A stretch of 61,457 bases of DNA from an uncultured Verrucomicrobiota bacterium (GTDB taxonomy: Bacteria > Verrucomicrobiota > Kiritimatiellia > JAAZAB01). The notes below the pieces were generated by a model. It did no database searches and was not told the DNA's origin. It worked only from the letters and a program-made list of their open reading frames with translations. Shown here piece after piece: positions 9,386-18,957 of the stretch; position 1 is the stretch's first letter; every line of letters starts with the position of its first letter. The translations under genes and the position numbers were made by a program. The stretch covers positions 1 through 61,457 of the forward strand of contig CAZVVD010000003.1 of the NCBI GenBank assembly GCA_964630555.1, written 5' to 3'.

Positions 9386-10426
9386 ATGCGGACATGCACA
9401 TCCAGGCTCCGTTACCCGGCCGCCGCGCTGGCCGCCCTGTTGTGGGCGGGCGGCGCGGCGGCGGACCGGATTTCGCCAGTGGACGAGAAATACCGTCCCC
9501 AGATCGACGCGGCGGTGGACAAGGCCCTGGTGTTTCTCGCCAGGGCGCAACTCCCGAACGGGTCCTATCCCGAGCAGCACACCTCCATCGCCTCCCTGTG
9601 CGTCATGGCCTTCCTGGCCAAGGGCTACACTCCGCTGAGCCCGCTCTACGGCGACACCATCACCCGCAGCGTGGATTTCGTCCTGGCCTCCCAGGCCGAC
9701 GGGGTACTGGGCAACGGGATGTACAATCACGACATCTCCACCCTCATGCTCTCGGAAATTTCGGGCATGCTGGACGCCGCCCGCCGCCACAAAGTGCAAT
9801 CCGGCCTGGCCAAGGCGCTGAAGGTCATTTTGACTGCGCAAGCCCTCCCCAAGCAGGATGCTTTCCGGGGCGGCTGGCGCTATGCGCCCTCCAGCCAGGA
9901 CAGCGACATATCGCATTCCGGCTGGGCGATGATGGCGCTGCGTTCAGCCTATAATAACGGGGCGGGGGTGCCCAAGAAGGCGGTGGACGAAGCCCTGGGA
10001 TTCATCCTGCGCTGCCGGAACCAGGATGGCGGGTTCGGCTACCAGCCGGGCGGCGGCTCGGGCGTCGCCCGCGCCGGCATCGGCCTTTTATGCCTTGAAT
10101 TGAGCGGGCGCCACCGGGACAAGCCGGCGCTCAGCGCCGCCCAGTACATCAACGGGCGATCGGTGTTGAACGGCTGGCAAGGCGAACTGCACTACTACGC
10201 CTTCTACTACACCTCCCAGTCCATGTTCCAACTGGGCGGCGACGAGTGGGAGATCTTCGCGCCCAAGCTCTACGACGCCCTGTTGAAACTGCAGAACGAC
10301 GATGGTTCCTGGAAGGCGGCGGGCAGCCAGGAGGACTCCCTGCCCTGCTATCGCACCGCCATGGCGGTGCTGGCCCTGAGCGCCTCCTACCGGCAGCTGC
10401 CCATTTACCAACGCGAGGTTCAGTAG
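9386..10426 (+). CDS. Secreted protein with prenyltransferase/squalene-oxidase-type (alpha-alpha toroid) repeats.
   Basis: 346 aa. Signal-peptide-like N-terminus (AALAALLWAGGAAA). Recurring motifs LPNGSYPE, FRGGWRY, NQDGGFGYQ and NDDGSWK are typical of terpene-cyclase/prenyltransferase repeats. Lies 30 nt after the giant gene. Confidence 0.7.
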   Translation: MRTCTSRLRYPAAALAALLWAGGAAADRISPVDEKYRPQIDAAVDKALVFLARAQLPNGSYPEQHTSIASLCVMAFLAKGYTPLSPLYGDTITRSVDFVLASQADGVLGNGMYNHDISTLMLSEISGMLDAARRHKVQSGLAKALKVILTAQALPKQDAFRGGWRYAPSSQDSDISHSGWAMMALRSAYNNGAGVPKKAVDEALGFILRCRNQDGGFGYQPGGGSGVARAGIGLLCLELSGRHRDKPALSAAQYINGRSVLNGWQGELHYYAFYYTSQSMFQLGGDEWEIFAPKLYDALLKLQNDDGSWKAAGSQEDSLPCYRTAMAVLALSASYRQLPIYQREVQ

Positions 10427-10464
10427 GCGCCGCCACAACCGGCGCCCGACACCCGGAGGTCGCC

Positions 10465-10863
10465 ATGTCCCCAAGCCAAGCCGAACCCATTCACTGCCCC
10501 GCCTGCGGGCAGGCTTCGCTCCTGAAGCGCGCGCCCCGTTACGACGGCTTCCGCCGCGCCGGCGAAACGCTGTCCTGCGCCGCCTGCGGCCATGTGTTCG
10601 ACGGGGAAGCGGCGGTGCCTTTCCGAAAACGCGCCCCCCTCGCCGGCCTCGATCCCCGAACGCTGCCGCCGCCGCCACGCGTGTTCCGGGGAAACGAGAA
10701 TGCCCGCTTGTGCCGCTACTGCGAGCATTACGTCGTGAACCCCTTTGTCCAGCGCTGTTCCCGGCTCAACAAGGAGGTCGCCGCCACGGACACCTGCGGG
10801 CAGTTCCGGCCCAAGCCCGAACCGCCCCCGGCCCCGCCGGCAGCGTCCAAACCGATCCTCTGA
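10465..10863 (+). CDS. Small Cys-rich protein with a zinc-ribbon CPAC...CAAC and a second CRYC...C...C cluster.
   Basis: The start at ATG 10465 is preceded by GGAGG at 10455-10459. The ORF track gives a longer 10246..10863 frame. 132 aa with a Pro-rich C-terminus. Confidence 0.55.
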   Translation: MSPSQAEPIHCPACGQASLLKRAPRYDGFRRAGETLSCAACGHVFDGEAAVPFRKRAPLAGLDPRTLPPPPRVFRGNENARLCRYCEHYVVNPFVQRCSRLNKEVAATDTCGQFRPKPEPPPAPPAASKPIL

Positions 10864-10972
10864 CCTCCGCTCCCGCCTTCGGAGTGGATTTTCAGACGCA
10901 TTGTGGTAGGGTCCCCCTCCGCGAGCCCCGCGGAGGAAGCTCAACCGCCGCCGCGCCTCGCAAGGAGACCCC

Positions 10973-12658
10973 ATGACTCGTGTTGTTCCCGCGCTGTTCG
11001 ACGTCAACGCCGGCATCGGCAAGAGCTGCACCGGAGCGCCCGATTGCGCGACCCTGCGCGATCGCCTGGCGCACATGGACCGCCTGGGCATCGCCCGGGC
11101 CGTTGTCTGGGACACGGCCTCGCGGACCGACAACGCCACCACCGCCAACGCCCGCCTGCGGGCCGAATGGGAGCGGCTGCCGGCCGGCGGCCGCGGACGG
11201 TTGGCGCCGGCGTTCACGATCTCCCCCCTGCTGGCGTTCGAACGGGGCGGACGCGACGCCCTGGAGCGGAACCTGCGGGCCTGCCGCACCCGCTGCCTGC
11301 GTTTCACCGCCGGCCTGACGAAGTTCAGGCTTTCCCAACTTGAGCCCCTCTGGGACGGTCTGCGGGACCTGCGCCCGGTGCTGGTCATGAACAACGCCGA
11401 GACCGACGCCCGGGACATCCTGGAATTCACGGAAAAGCATCCCGCGATTTCCCTGGTCCTTTGCGACGTCATCTGGGGACGCTGCCTGCACGTCATGGAC
11501 CTCATGCGCCGGCGGCCGAATATCCTGGTGGAGATCTCGCAGATCCACACCTGGGACGGCATCGAACTCCTGGCCCGGCACGGCGGCAGCCACCGCGTTC
11601 TTTTCGGCGCCGGCCCGCGCACGTTTAACGGCGCGGCCATCGCCGCGCTGGCGCAGGCCGATTTGGGCGCCAGCGACCGGGAACGGATCGCCCACGGCAA
11701 CCTGGACCGCCTGCTGGACCTGCGCACCGACCCCCTCCCGGACTCCGCCGCCGGCCCGCGCGGAGGCCGGCGGCTCTGGCAGCGCCTGCTGAACCGCCGG
11801 CCGCTGGGGGTGGACGTCGTGGACGCCCACGTTCACCTGGGCAGCACGGGCGGCTATGTGATCGAGGAAAACGACCCCCGCCGGCAAATTGACCTGGCCC
11901 TGGCGGCGATGCGCCGCCTGGGCATCCGGTCAATGATCGCCTCCGGCATGCAGGCCCTGATGGCATCGCCGGTCGAGGGCAATGACCGCCTCGGAAAACT
12001 CCTGGCGCCCCACGCCGGACGCCTGCGGGGCTACGCGGCCTTTAATCCATTCTACGCGGACGACCTCCTGCCGCGGCTGGACCGGTATTTCTCCGGGAAG
12101 GTGTTCGTGGGATTCAAACTGCTCTGCGATTACTGGCGGGTGCCCGTGACCGATCCGCGCTTCGAGCCCATGTGGACCTATGCCAACCGGCGGCGGCTGC
12201 CCGTCCTGATCCACACCTGGGACGGCCGCTGCAACTCGCCGGCCATGCTGAAAGACCCGGTCGAACGCTATCCGGACATCGCCTTCATCCTGGGGCATGC
12301 CGGGGGCGGCACCGGCGGCCGGGCCGAGGCCGAGGCGCTGGCGGCGGAGCACCCCAACGTCTACCTCGAATGGTGCGGCAGTTTCTGCGCCGCGACCCCC
12401 TGGGAAGACACCCTGAAGAAGGTCAGTCCCCGTCAGGTCTTGTTCGGCAGCGACGCTGTGCTGCACAGCATCCCCTGGGAGCTGGGGCGGCTCCTCTCCC
12501 TGGACGTGCCCGATGCGACGCTGGTCCCCATCCTCGGCGCCAACATGCGGAGGATTTTAAGCGGGAGACGCCTCATCCCGACCTCCCGGAGAGTCGGGAC
12601 GCGGAACGGCGCCCTTCGGAACCGTCATCCCGAGCGTGTCGAGGGATCTTTTTCATAA
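10973..12658 (+). CDS. Amidohydrolase-family (PF04909-like) protein with an internal duplication. The N-terminal half has lost its metal ligands.
   Basis: 561 aa. The second half carries VVDAHVHLG, LIHTWDG, ILGHAGGG and VLFGSDAV. The first half has FDVNAGIG, QIHTWDG and VLFGAGP at the equivalent places. The last ~25 aa (HPERVEGSFS) look like read-through into an intergenic repeat. Confidence 0.7.
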   Translation: MTRVVPALFDVNAGIGKSCTGAPDCATLRDRLAHMDRLGIARAVVWDTASRTDNATTANARLRAEWERLPAGGRGRLAPAFTISPLLAFERGGRDALERNLRACRTRCLRFTAGLTKFRLSQLEPLWDGLRDLRPVLVMNNAETDARDILEFTEKHPAISLVLCDVIWGRCLHVMDLMRRRPNILVEISQIHTWDGIELLARHGGSHRVLFGAGPRTFNGAAIAALAQADLGASDRERIAHGNLDRLLDLRTDPLPDSAAGPRGGRRLWQRLLNRRPLGVDVVDAHVHLGSTGGYVIEENDPRRQIDLALAAMRRLGIRSMIASGMQALMASPVEGNDRLGKLLAPHAGRLRGYAAFNPFYADDLLPRLDRYFSGKVFVGFKLLCDYWRVPVTDPRFEPMWTYANRRRLPVLIHTWDGRCNSPAMLKDPVERYPDIAFILGHAGGGTGGRAEAEALAAEHPNVYLEWCGSFCAATPWEDTLKKVSPRQVLFGSDAVLHSIPWELGRLLSLDVPDATLVPILGANMRRILSGRRLIPTSRRVGTRNGALRNRHPERVEGSFS

Positions 12659-12673
12659 GGAAGGCATCTGGCC

Positions 12674-13765
12674 ATGACGCACGCACGCATTCGGATTCGA
12701 CGACCTCGCGCGGCCTCGGAAAAAGCCGCGGAGATCCCGCTGGCCTGGCACCGGCCCGACCGGCCGCCGTTCCGGCTTTCGGGCTTCGCCTGGTACCGGC
12801 GGGACAAGGTTTTCCGGCGGCTGCCGTTGAAGCCGGCCGAGGCGTTCCGACCGCCGCTGGACGCGCTGGCCAACCACACCGCGGGGGGCCAGGTCAGCTT
12901 CACGACCGACAGCCGGATCGTCAAGCTGGCCGCGACCCTGGCCGGCCGGGCCACGATGGACCACATGGCCGCCACGGGCGCCTGCGGTTTCGACCTGTAT
13001 ATCGGCCGGCCGGGGCGTCAGCTTTTCCGCCGCGTCACGCGTTTCGGCCTGGCCGAGAGCGCTTACGAATCGCTGCTTTTCCAGGAGGAACGCCCGCGCT
13101 GGCGGACGTTCACGATCAACTTCCCGCTTTACCAGGGCGTCCGCAAACTGCGGATCGGCCTGGAGCGCAAGGCGCGGGTGCGGCCGCCGCCCCCCTTCGC
13201 GCTGTCGCGGCCCGTGGCGATCTACGGGACCTCGATCACCCAGGGCGGCTGCGCCTCGCGTCCGGGCATGGCCTACAGCAACATCCTGGGACGGCGCCTG
13301 AACGTGGAAGTGCTCAACCTGGGCTTCTCGGGGAATGGGCAGGCCGAGCCGGAGGTCGCCCGCGCGATCGCCGCGATCCCCGACCCCGCCCTGTGGGTCA
13401 TTGACTGCGAGGCCAACTGCGGGGACGGCCGGCTCGAGGCGCGCCTGCCGGACTTCATCGGCATCCTGCGCGCGGCGCACCCGGCCGCGCCGATCCTGCT
13501 GGTCTCGCGTTTCCGGTTCGCGGGCGACCTGGCGCACCGGAAGAACGAGCTCGACCGCCGGCGGCTGGAGCGTTTCCAGCGGCGGCTGGTGGAGCGGGCG
13601 CGGCGGCGGGGCGACCGCCGGATTACCTTCCTCTCCGGCCGGGATCTGCTCAGCCCCCACCCCGACGAAGGCACCGTGGACGGCGTGCACGCCACCGACC
13701 TGGGCTTCTACCTCATCGCCGGCGCGCTGGAGCCGGTGATCCGGAAGCTGATCTTCCGCGCGTAG
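12674..13765 (+). CDS. SGNH/GDSL-type hydrolase (esterase) with an N-terminal beta-sandwich domain.
   Basis: 363 aa. IAIYGTSITQGGCASRPGMAYSNILGRRL ... LNLGFSGNGQAE ... DGVHATDLG correspond to SGNH blocks I, II/III and V. Confidence 0.75.
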   Translation: MTHARIRIRRPRAASEKAAEIPLAWHRPDRPPFRLSGFAWYRRDKVFRRLPLKPAEAFRPPLDALANHTAGGQVSFTTDSRIVKLAATLAGRATMDHMAATGACGFDLYIGRPGRQLFRRVTRFGLAESAYESLLFQEERPRWRTFTINFPLYQGVRKLRIGLERKARVRPPPPFALSRPVAIYGTSITQGGCASRPGMAYSNILGRRLNVEVLNLGFSGNGQAEPEVARAIAAIPDPALWVIDCEANCGDGRLEARLPDFIGILRAAHPAAPILLVSRFRFAGDLAHRKNELDRRRLERFQRRLVERARRRGDRRITFLSGRDLLSPHPDEGTVDGVHATDLGFYLIAGALEPVIRKLIFRA

Positions 13766-14091
13766 CCCAAGATCGGCCCCAGCACCGCGGATGACGCGGA
13801 TGGGCGTGGATGGGATCCGGCATCCAGCGGCAGTTCAATCGACGTCTTACCCCGGTGGAAGCGGCGCCCTCGCCGCTTGCCACTCCGAAAAAAAGCGACG
13901 AGGGCGTCGCTTCCACTTTTTGAATACGACGATGGGCGGGGTGCGCCTGAATGGCGCCAAGATACTACCACCCACCCCTTTCCCCTCCCGAGAGGGATAA
14001 GACAGTGCAGACCCAATAGTTCCCCTCCTTGGAGGGGATAGGGGTGGGTTTCCTATTTGGCTTACAGAAGCGCCATTCGGGGCATGTCGCG

Positions 14092-15408
14092 TCACGCCCG
14101 GAACAGCCGGTTCCGGCGGCGGGCAAGCGCGGCGCGGTAGGCAGTCAGCCAGGCGGCGCCGCCCCGCGGCGGGCGGCGGGCGGCGCCGGACTCCACGGCG
14201 GCGCGGGCGACGGCGGCGGGAATCTCCACGAACAGGCGGCGGTCAAACGGCTTAGGCACGATGTAGCCCGGCCCGAATTCCAGGCCGGGATCGCGGTATA
14301 ACTTCCTGACCGGGTCCGGGACCGGCCGGCGCGCCAGCTCCGCCAGGGCCCGCGCCGCCGCCTGTTTCATCGCCAGGTTGATCGCGCGCGCGCGGACGTC
14401 GAGGGCGCCGCGGAAAAGGAACGGGAAGCCCAGGACGTTATTGATCTGGTTCGGATAGTCGGATCGGCCGGTGGCCATGACGTAAGGCTTTTTGCCCAGG
14501 GCGGCGGCCACGGCCTCCGGCCGGATTTCCGGATCCGGGTTCGCCATGGCGAATACCGCCGGGAACGGGGCCATGTTCCTGACCCAGGCGGGCTCCACGC
14601 AGTCGGCGGTGGAAACCCCGACAAGCGCGTGGGCGCCGCGGAGCGCCTCGGACAGCGTCCGGAACTTCGTGCGGACCGCGTGCCTCCGCTTCATGGGATT
14701 GAGGTCGGCGCGGTCCTCGCGCACCACGCCCTTGGAGTCGCAGAGAACCACGTCGGCGGCGCCGGCCGCCTTGAGCATCTCGGCGATGCGGATCCCGGCG
14801 GCGCCGGCCCCGCTGATGACGATTTTCAGGTCCGGCAGGCGGCGGTCGGCCAGCAGGGCGTAGTTGAGCACGCCCGCCAGGGTGATCACGGCGGTGCCCC
14901 ACTGGTCGTCGTGGAAGACGGGGATGTCCAGCATGGCGTCCAGCGTCTCCTCGATTTCGAAGCAGGCGGGGGCGGCGATATCCTCCAGGTTGATCCCGCC
15001 GTACAGGCAGGCCAGGCGGGCGACGGTATCGATGACCCGCTGGGGATCGGTGGGGCCGGCGGACTGTCCGCCGGCGCGGCAGAAATCCAGCGGCGCGGGC
15101 CAGGCATCCACGTCGGCGAACGCCTTGAAGAGCACGGCCTTGCCTTCCATGACCGGGATGCTGGCGGTCGCGCCCAGATCGCCCAGACCCAGGATGGCGG
15201 TGCCGTCGCTGACCACGGCCACGAGGTTGGCCTTGGCGGTAAGCGCAAAGGCTTCGCCGGGCGTGGAGGCGATGACCTTGACCGGGTCGGCCACGCCGGG
15301 GGTGTAGGCCAGGCTCAGGTCGCCGGGTCCGGCCAGGGGCTTGGTCAGGCGGACGCCCACCTTCCCGCCCCGGTGATACTTGAGGATTTTTTCTCGACAA
15401 GCACCCAT
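14092..15408 (-). CDS. NAD(P)-dependent malic enzyme (short form, no PTA domain).
   Basis: 438 aa. DLSLAYTPGVA, ILGLGDLG and ISGAGAAG Rossmann motifs. Whole-length resemblance to bacterial malic enzymes. Confidence 0.9.
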   Translation of the reverse strand: MGACREKILKYHRGGKVGVRLTKPLAGPGDLSLAYTPGVADPVKVIASTPGEAFALTAKANLVAVVSDGTAILGLGDLGATASIPVMEGKAVLFKAFADVDAWPAPLDFCRAGGQSAGPTDPQRVIDTVARLACLYGGINLEDIAAPACFEIEETLDAMLDIPVFHDDQWGTAVITLAGVLNYALLADRRLPDLKIVISGAGAAGIRIAEMLKAAGAADVVLCDSKGVVREDRADLNPMKRRHAVRTKFRTLSEALRGAHALVGVSTADCVEPAWVRNMAPFPAVFAMANPDPEIRPEAVAAALGKKPYVMATGRSDYPNQINNVLGFPFLFRGALDVRARAINLAMKQAAARALAELARRPVPDPVRKLYRDPGLEFGPGYIVPKPFDRRLFVEIPAAVARAAVESGAARRPPRGGAAWLTAYRAALARRRNRLFRA

Positions 15409-15537
15409 AGGCCCGGTACTATACCGCTTCGCCTTGGATTTGCAAAACGTTTACGGCGCCGGTGGGAGAGGCCTGCCGCGCACCGCGTGAGAGAATCCCA
15501 AATCAGCAATCAGCAATCGCCGATCAGCAATTCCAGC

Positions 15538-15612
15538 GCCCCCTTCGTCTATCGGCTAGGACATCAGGTTCTCAACCTGAGAAGGTGGGTTCGACTCCCG
15601 CAGGGGGCGCCA
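15538..15612 (+). tRNA. tRNA-Glu (anticodon CTC) with encoded CCA.
   Basis: Cloverleaf folded by hand. Acceptor gccccct/agggggc. D stem gtct/ggac. Anticodon stem tcagg/cctga with loop ttCTCaa (anticodon at 15571-15573). T stem gtggg/cccgc with loop ttcgact. Discriminator g, then cca. The 5' part resembles E. coli tRNA-Glu (GUCCCCUUCGUCUAG). Confidence 0.9.
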
Positions 15613-15733
15613 TGCAGCAGCAGCCAGCGCGCTTTTCTGTTTATTTTGACCGCCATTCGCGCGTTCGTCATCCTTTAAGCTGACAGGTCCATCCTGAAGC
15701 GCGTTCAGGGACAACCTGCTGAGGATGACGGAA

Positions 15734-17611
15734 TCATCCCCCGGCCGCCTCCAGCAGGCGCTTGAACTTGTTCCGCAGTTTCTGGCCCGGGGTCATCTCC
15801 GCCCGGCGCTTGAGCAGGGCCATGAGCTCGGCGGGATCGTTGGTGTAAAGATAGTCCGCGCCCATCTCGATGAAGTTCTCCATGGCGTCAGGGTCGTCCA
15901 CGGTCCAAACGCAGGCCGGCTTGTCCTTGGCGTGCACGCCGCGGAGGAAGCCCGGCGTAACCTGCGCGGCCTGGAGCGCAAACCCGTCGGCGTTGAGCGA
16001 CCCCACGTTCCCGAGGCGGGTGAAGAGGATGTAGAGGGTCTGCAGGCGGCTGTCGCACGCCTTGACCTCCTGCAGGCCCTGGTAGTTCAGGGACGAGATG
16101 ACGCACTGGTCTTGCATTCCCATTTTCCGGATCACCTCCACGGTCCTCTCAGCCAGGCGCTGGTCGTGTCCGTTGTATTTCAGCTCGACGATCAGCCGGA
16201 TCCGGCCGCGGACGAGGTCAAGCGCTTCCTCCAGGGTGGGCAGCTGCTCGCCCTCGAATTCGGGCGAAAACCAGCTCCCGACGTCCAGCTCCCGCGCCTC
16301 GTCGAAGGTCAGCTCCCAGAGCCCCCTGGACACGCCGGCGACCCGCAGGAGATCCTTGTCGTGGAGGACCATGACCACGCCGTCCTTGGTCTCCTGGACG
16401 TCGATCTCGGCGATCTCCGCCTTGAGCTCGATGGCGCGCCGCAGGGCGCTCAGGGTGTTTTCCGGGGCATGCGCGGAATCGCCGCGGTGGGCGATGACAT
16501 GCACGCGGTCGGGCTCGCGGACGGCATAGGCGAGGAACATCCCGATCGCCGCCGCCGCGGCGAGGAACGCGGCGGCGGCGAGTCCGACGGCGGCGGCGCG
16601 GGTCAGGCGGCCCCGGCTCCAGGCGTCCACCCCGGGGGCCCGGACGCAGCGGGCGGCCTCCGGCGCCTCCCCGCCCTGTCGGCGGTAGGCGTCGAAATAG
16701 AGGTCGAGGGTGACGACGCAGACCAGGGGCATGACGAACAGGCCCACGAAGCCGCCGGCGGCGAGCGTACCGGCGCCGACCAGCGCCATGAGGACCACGC
16801 TGGCCTTGCCGCCGCCGACGGCCCCCGCGGCGAGCAGTCCGGCGGGCGCGCCCAGCGCGGCCATGACCACGCCGACGACCAGGAGGCTCACCGCCGTCCA
16901 GGCCAGGAGAATCCCCACGATCCGCCAGAAGGAACCCTGGACCAGCCGGGCGCTCCGCCGGAGCGCCGGTAAAAACGTCAGGCCCTCGAACAGGCAGACG
17001 GGCACGACGAACGTCCAGAGCACGAAATACCGGAATAGCGCCGCCAGCAGGCCTGTCCCCAGCAGGCCCATCACGGAGACGGCGGCGACGAAAGCCGGAG
17101 GCCAGGCCTTGAAATAGTAGTTGATGTCGTGGACGGCCTGCAGGAGGAAGTAGAGCAAGCCGCCCAGGGCCAGGACCGGCGCGGCCCACGCCAGCACCAT
17201 CAGGATTTCGGCCAGGGCCGCGCCGAGCAGGGTCGGGAACTTCCGGGCCACGGCGGCCGCGGCGCGCGGGGCGCTGATGCGCTTGCCCGCCCGGCCGCGG
17301 GCGGCGATGATCTCCAGCCCGGCCTCCTCCGCCATCCGGGCGACCACCATCAGCGCGCCGGCGGTAACGACGGTCGCGCCCCCCAGCGAGCTGAAGAGGA
17401 ACGGGAGGATCTCCAGGTTCGTGACCGTCGGCTTGCCGGAGGAGGCGATCAGCAGGTCAAAGAGTCCCTTCGCCAGAGGCGTCGCCACGAGGGCCAGCAG
17501 GAGTTTGAAGCCCAGCTCGTAGCCGACCAGCGGCGCCCAGCAGCGCCGGAACCAGGCCAGGATCGCCCGCGGCGAGCCGACGCGGGGCACGGGAGTTGGC
17601 TGAGGATACAT
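15734..17611 (-). CDS. Glycerophosphodiester phosphodiesterase with an N-terminal multi-TM membrane domain.
   Basis: 625 aa. About 7 TM helices, then the GDPD catalytic region HVIAHRGDSAHAPENTLSAL ... EIDVQETKDGVVMVLHD. Confidence 0.85.
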   Translation of the reverse strand: MYPQPTPVPRVGSPRAILAWFRRCWAPLVGYELGFKLLLALVATPLAKGLFDLLIASSGKPTVTNLEILPFLFSSLGGATVVTAGALMVVARMAEEAGLEIIAARGRAGKRISAPRAAAAVARKFPTLLGAALAEILMVLAWAAPVLALGGLLYFLLQAVHDINYYFKAWPPAFVAAVSVMGLLGTGLLAALFRYFVLWTFVVPVCLFEGLTFLPALRRSARLVQGSFWRIVGILLAWTAVSLLVVGVVMAALGAPAGLLAAGAVGGGKASVVLMALVGAGTLAAGGFVGLFVMPLVCVVTLDLYFDAYRRQGGEAPEAARCVRAPGVDAWSRGRLTRAAAVGLAAAAFLAAAAAIGMFLAYAVREPDRVHVIAHRGDSAHAPENTLSALRRAIELKAEIAEIDVQETKDGVVMVLHDKDLLRVAGVSRGLWELTFDEARELDVGSWFSPEFEGEQLPTLEEALDLVRGRIRLIVELKYNGHDQRLAERTVEVIRKMGMQDQCVISSLNYQGLQEVKACDSRLQTLYILFTRLGNVGSLNADGFALQAAQVTPGFLRGVHAKDKPACVWTVDDPDAMENFIEMGADYLYTNDPAELMALLKRRAEMTPGQKLRNKFKRLLEAAGG

Positions 17612-17904
17612 AAAAGCCTTTCATCCTCAGATGAATAGCATTGTCGGCCAGACTATATTCTGGATTGTAGGGCGGGAACGCCCTCGGGGCTTCCCGCCTT
17701 TCCGGAACGGACCCGGCGGGCAATCCCGATACACTTCGTGATCGGGACATGCCCGCCCTACAAATGACAAATTCCTATGCAACAAGATAGAGCAATAACT
17801 ACAGTCCGTGCAACCAGCATTTCTAGTCACCGGATCGGCGCGCGGTTGGGATTGCAGCCGGCGGCGGGATTGTGGTAGGGTGGCGTCCCAAGGGGGATTC
17901 GTTC

Positions 17905-18957
17905 ATGGCAACGCCAGCTTCAGCGCGCCGGGGCATCGCCTGCGCCGGCAACTGGATCGTGGACCACGTCAAGCTCATCGACCGCCTGCCCGGGCGCGGC
18001 ATGCTGGGCAACATCCAGTCGGAGACGGCGGGCAGCGGCGGCGCGCCCTTCAACGTCCTGATGGACCTGGCCCGGATGGGCGCCCCCTTTCCCCTGGCCG
18101 GCGTCGGTGTGGTCGGCGACGACGCCGGACGTGATTTCATCCGGCAGACCTGCAGCCGTTTTCCCATCGACCTTTCGCACCTCGCGACCGACCCCGGCGC
18201 CGCCACCTCCTACACCGACGTCATGACCGAGCTTGGGTCCGGCGACCGGGTGTTCTACCACTGCCGGGGCGCCAACGCCCGTTTCGGGATCGAGCACGTG
18301 CCGGTCGCGCGCCTGTCCTGCCGCATTTTCCACCTGGGCTACCTGCTGCTCCTCGACCGCCTGGACCAGCCGGACGCCGAGTTCGGCACCGTCGCGGCGC
18401 GCCTGTTAAAATGTCTGCAGGACGAGGGCATCAAGACCAGCGTGGACGTGGTCAGCGAGGAAAGCGACCGGTTCCATCACATTGTGCCCCCGGCCTTGAG
18501 CCACGTGGATTATCTCATCATTAATGAAATCGAGGCCGGGCGCACCACCGGCCGGGCGGTGCGCGATGCGAACGGCAAGCTATCGGGCGCCGCGGTCGTC
18601 GACGCGGTCGAGGCGCTGTTCGAGCTGGGCGCCATGGACCTGGCGGTGATTCACATGCCGGAGGGCGCCTACGCGCGGACGCGGGCCGGGCGGCGCTGGG
18701 TCCAGGGCGCCCTGGCGCTGCCGCCGGGCTACATCCAGGGCACGGTCGGCGCCGGCGACGCCTTTTGCGCCGGCATCCTCCACGCCCTCCACGAAGACTG
18801 GGACGTGGCTGACGCCCTGCGGCTGGGCGCCTGGGCGGCGGCGGCCAGCCTGGCGCATCCCAGCGCCACCGACGGCATGCTGCCGCTGGAGCAGCTCCGC
18901 GAGCTGGGCCGGCGCCACCCGGAAAAGGATCCGCCCTTCGAGGCGCCCCGGACATGA
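17905..18957 (+). CDS. PfkB-family carbohydrate kinase.
   Basis: ORF track 17872..18957. I chose the start at ATG 17905 (MATPASARRG) after a G-rich AAGGGGGA stretch. GIACAGNWIVDH ... GSGGAPFN ... GTVGAGDAFCAG is the PfkB signature. Confidence 0.8.
   Translation: MATPASARRGIACAGNWIVDHVKLIDRLPGRGMLGNIQSETAGSGGAPFNVLMDLARMGAPFPLAGVGVVGDDAGRDFIRQTCSRFPIDLSHLATDPGAATSYTDVMTELGSGDRVFYHCRGANARFGIEHVPVARLSCRIFHLGYLLLLDRLDQPDAEFGTVAARLLKCLQDEGIKTSVDVVSEESDRFHHIVPPALSHVDYLIINEIEAGRTTGRAVRDANGKLSGAAVVDAVEALFELGAMDLAVIHMPEGAYARTRAGRRWVQGALALPPGYIQGTVGAGDAFCAGILHALHEDWDVADALRLGAWAAAASLAHPSATDGMLPLEQLRELGRRHPEKDPPFEAPRT

Noticed and set aside
13791-14095. Small ORFs in the 13766-14091 gap (13791..14000, 13847..14095, 13708..14016).
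   Set aside because: The region consists of short repeat families seen in other intergenic gaps. The ORFs overlap each other on both strands with no RBS or family signal.
15501-15530. Three copies of atcagcaa just upstream of tRNA-Glu, considered as a possible regulatory repeat.
   Set aside because: It is too short and simple to distinguish from chance, and no matching element occurs elsewhere in the window.
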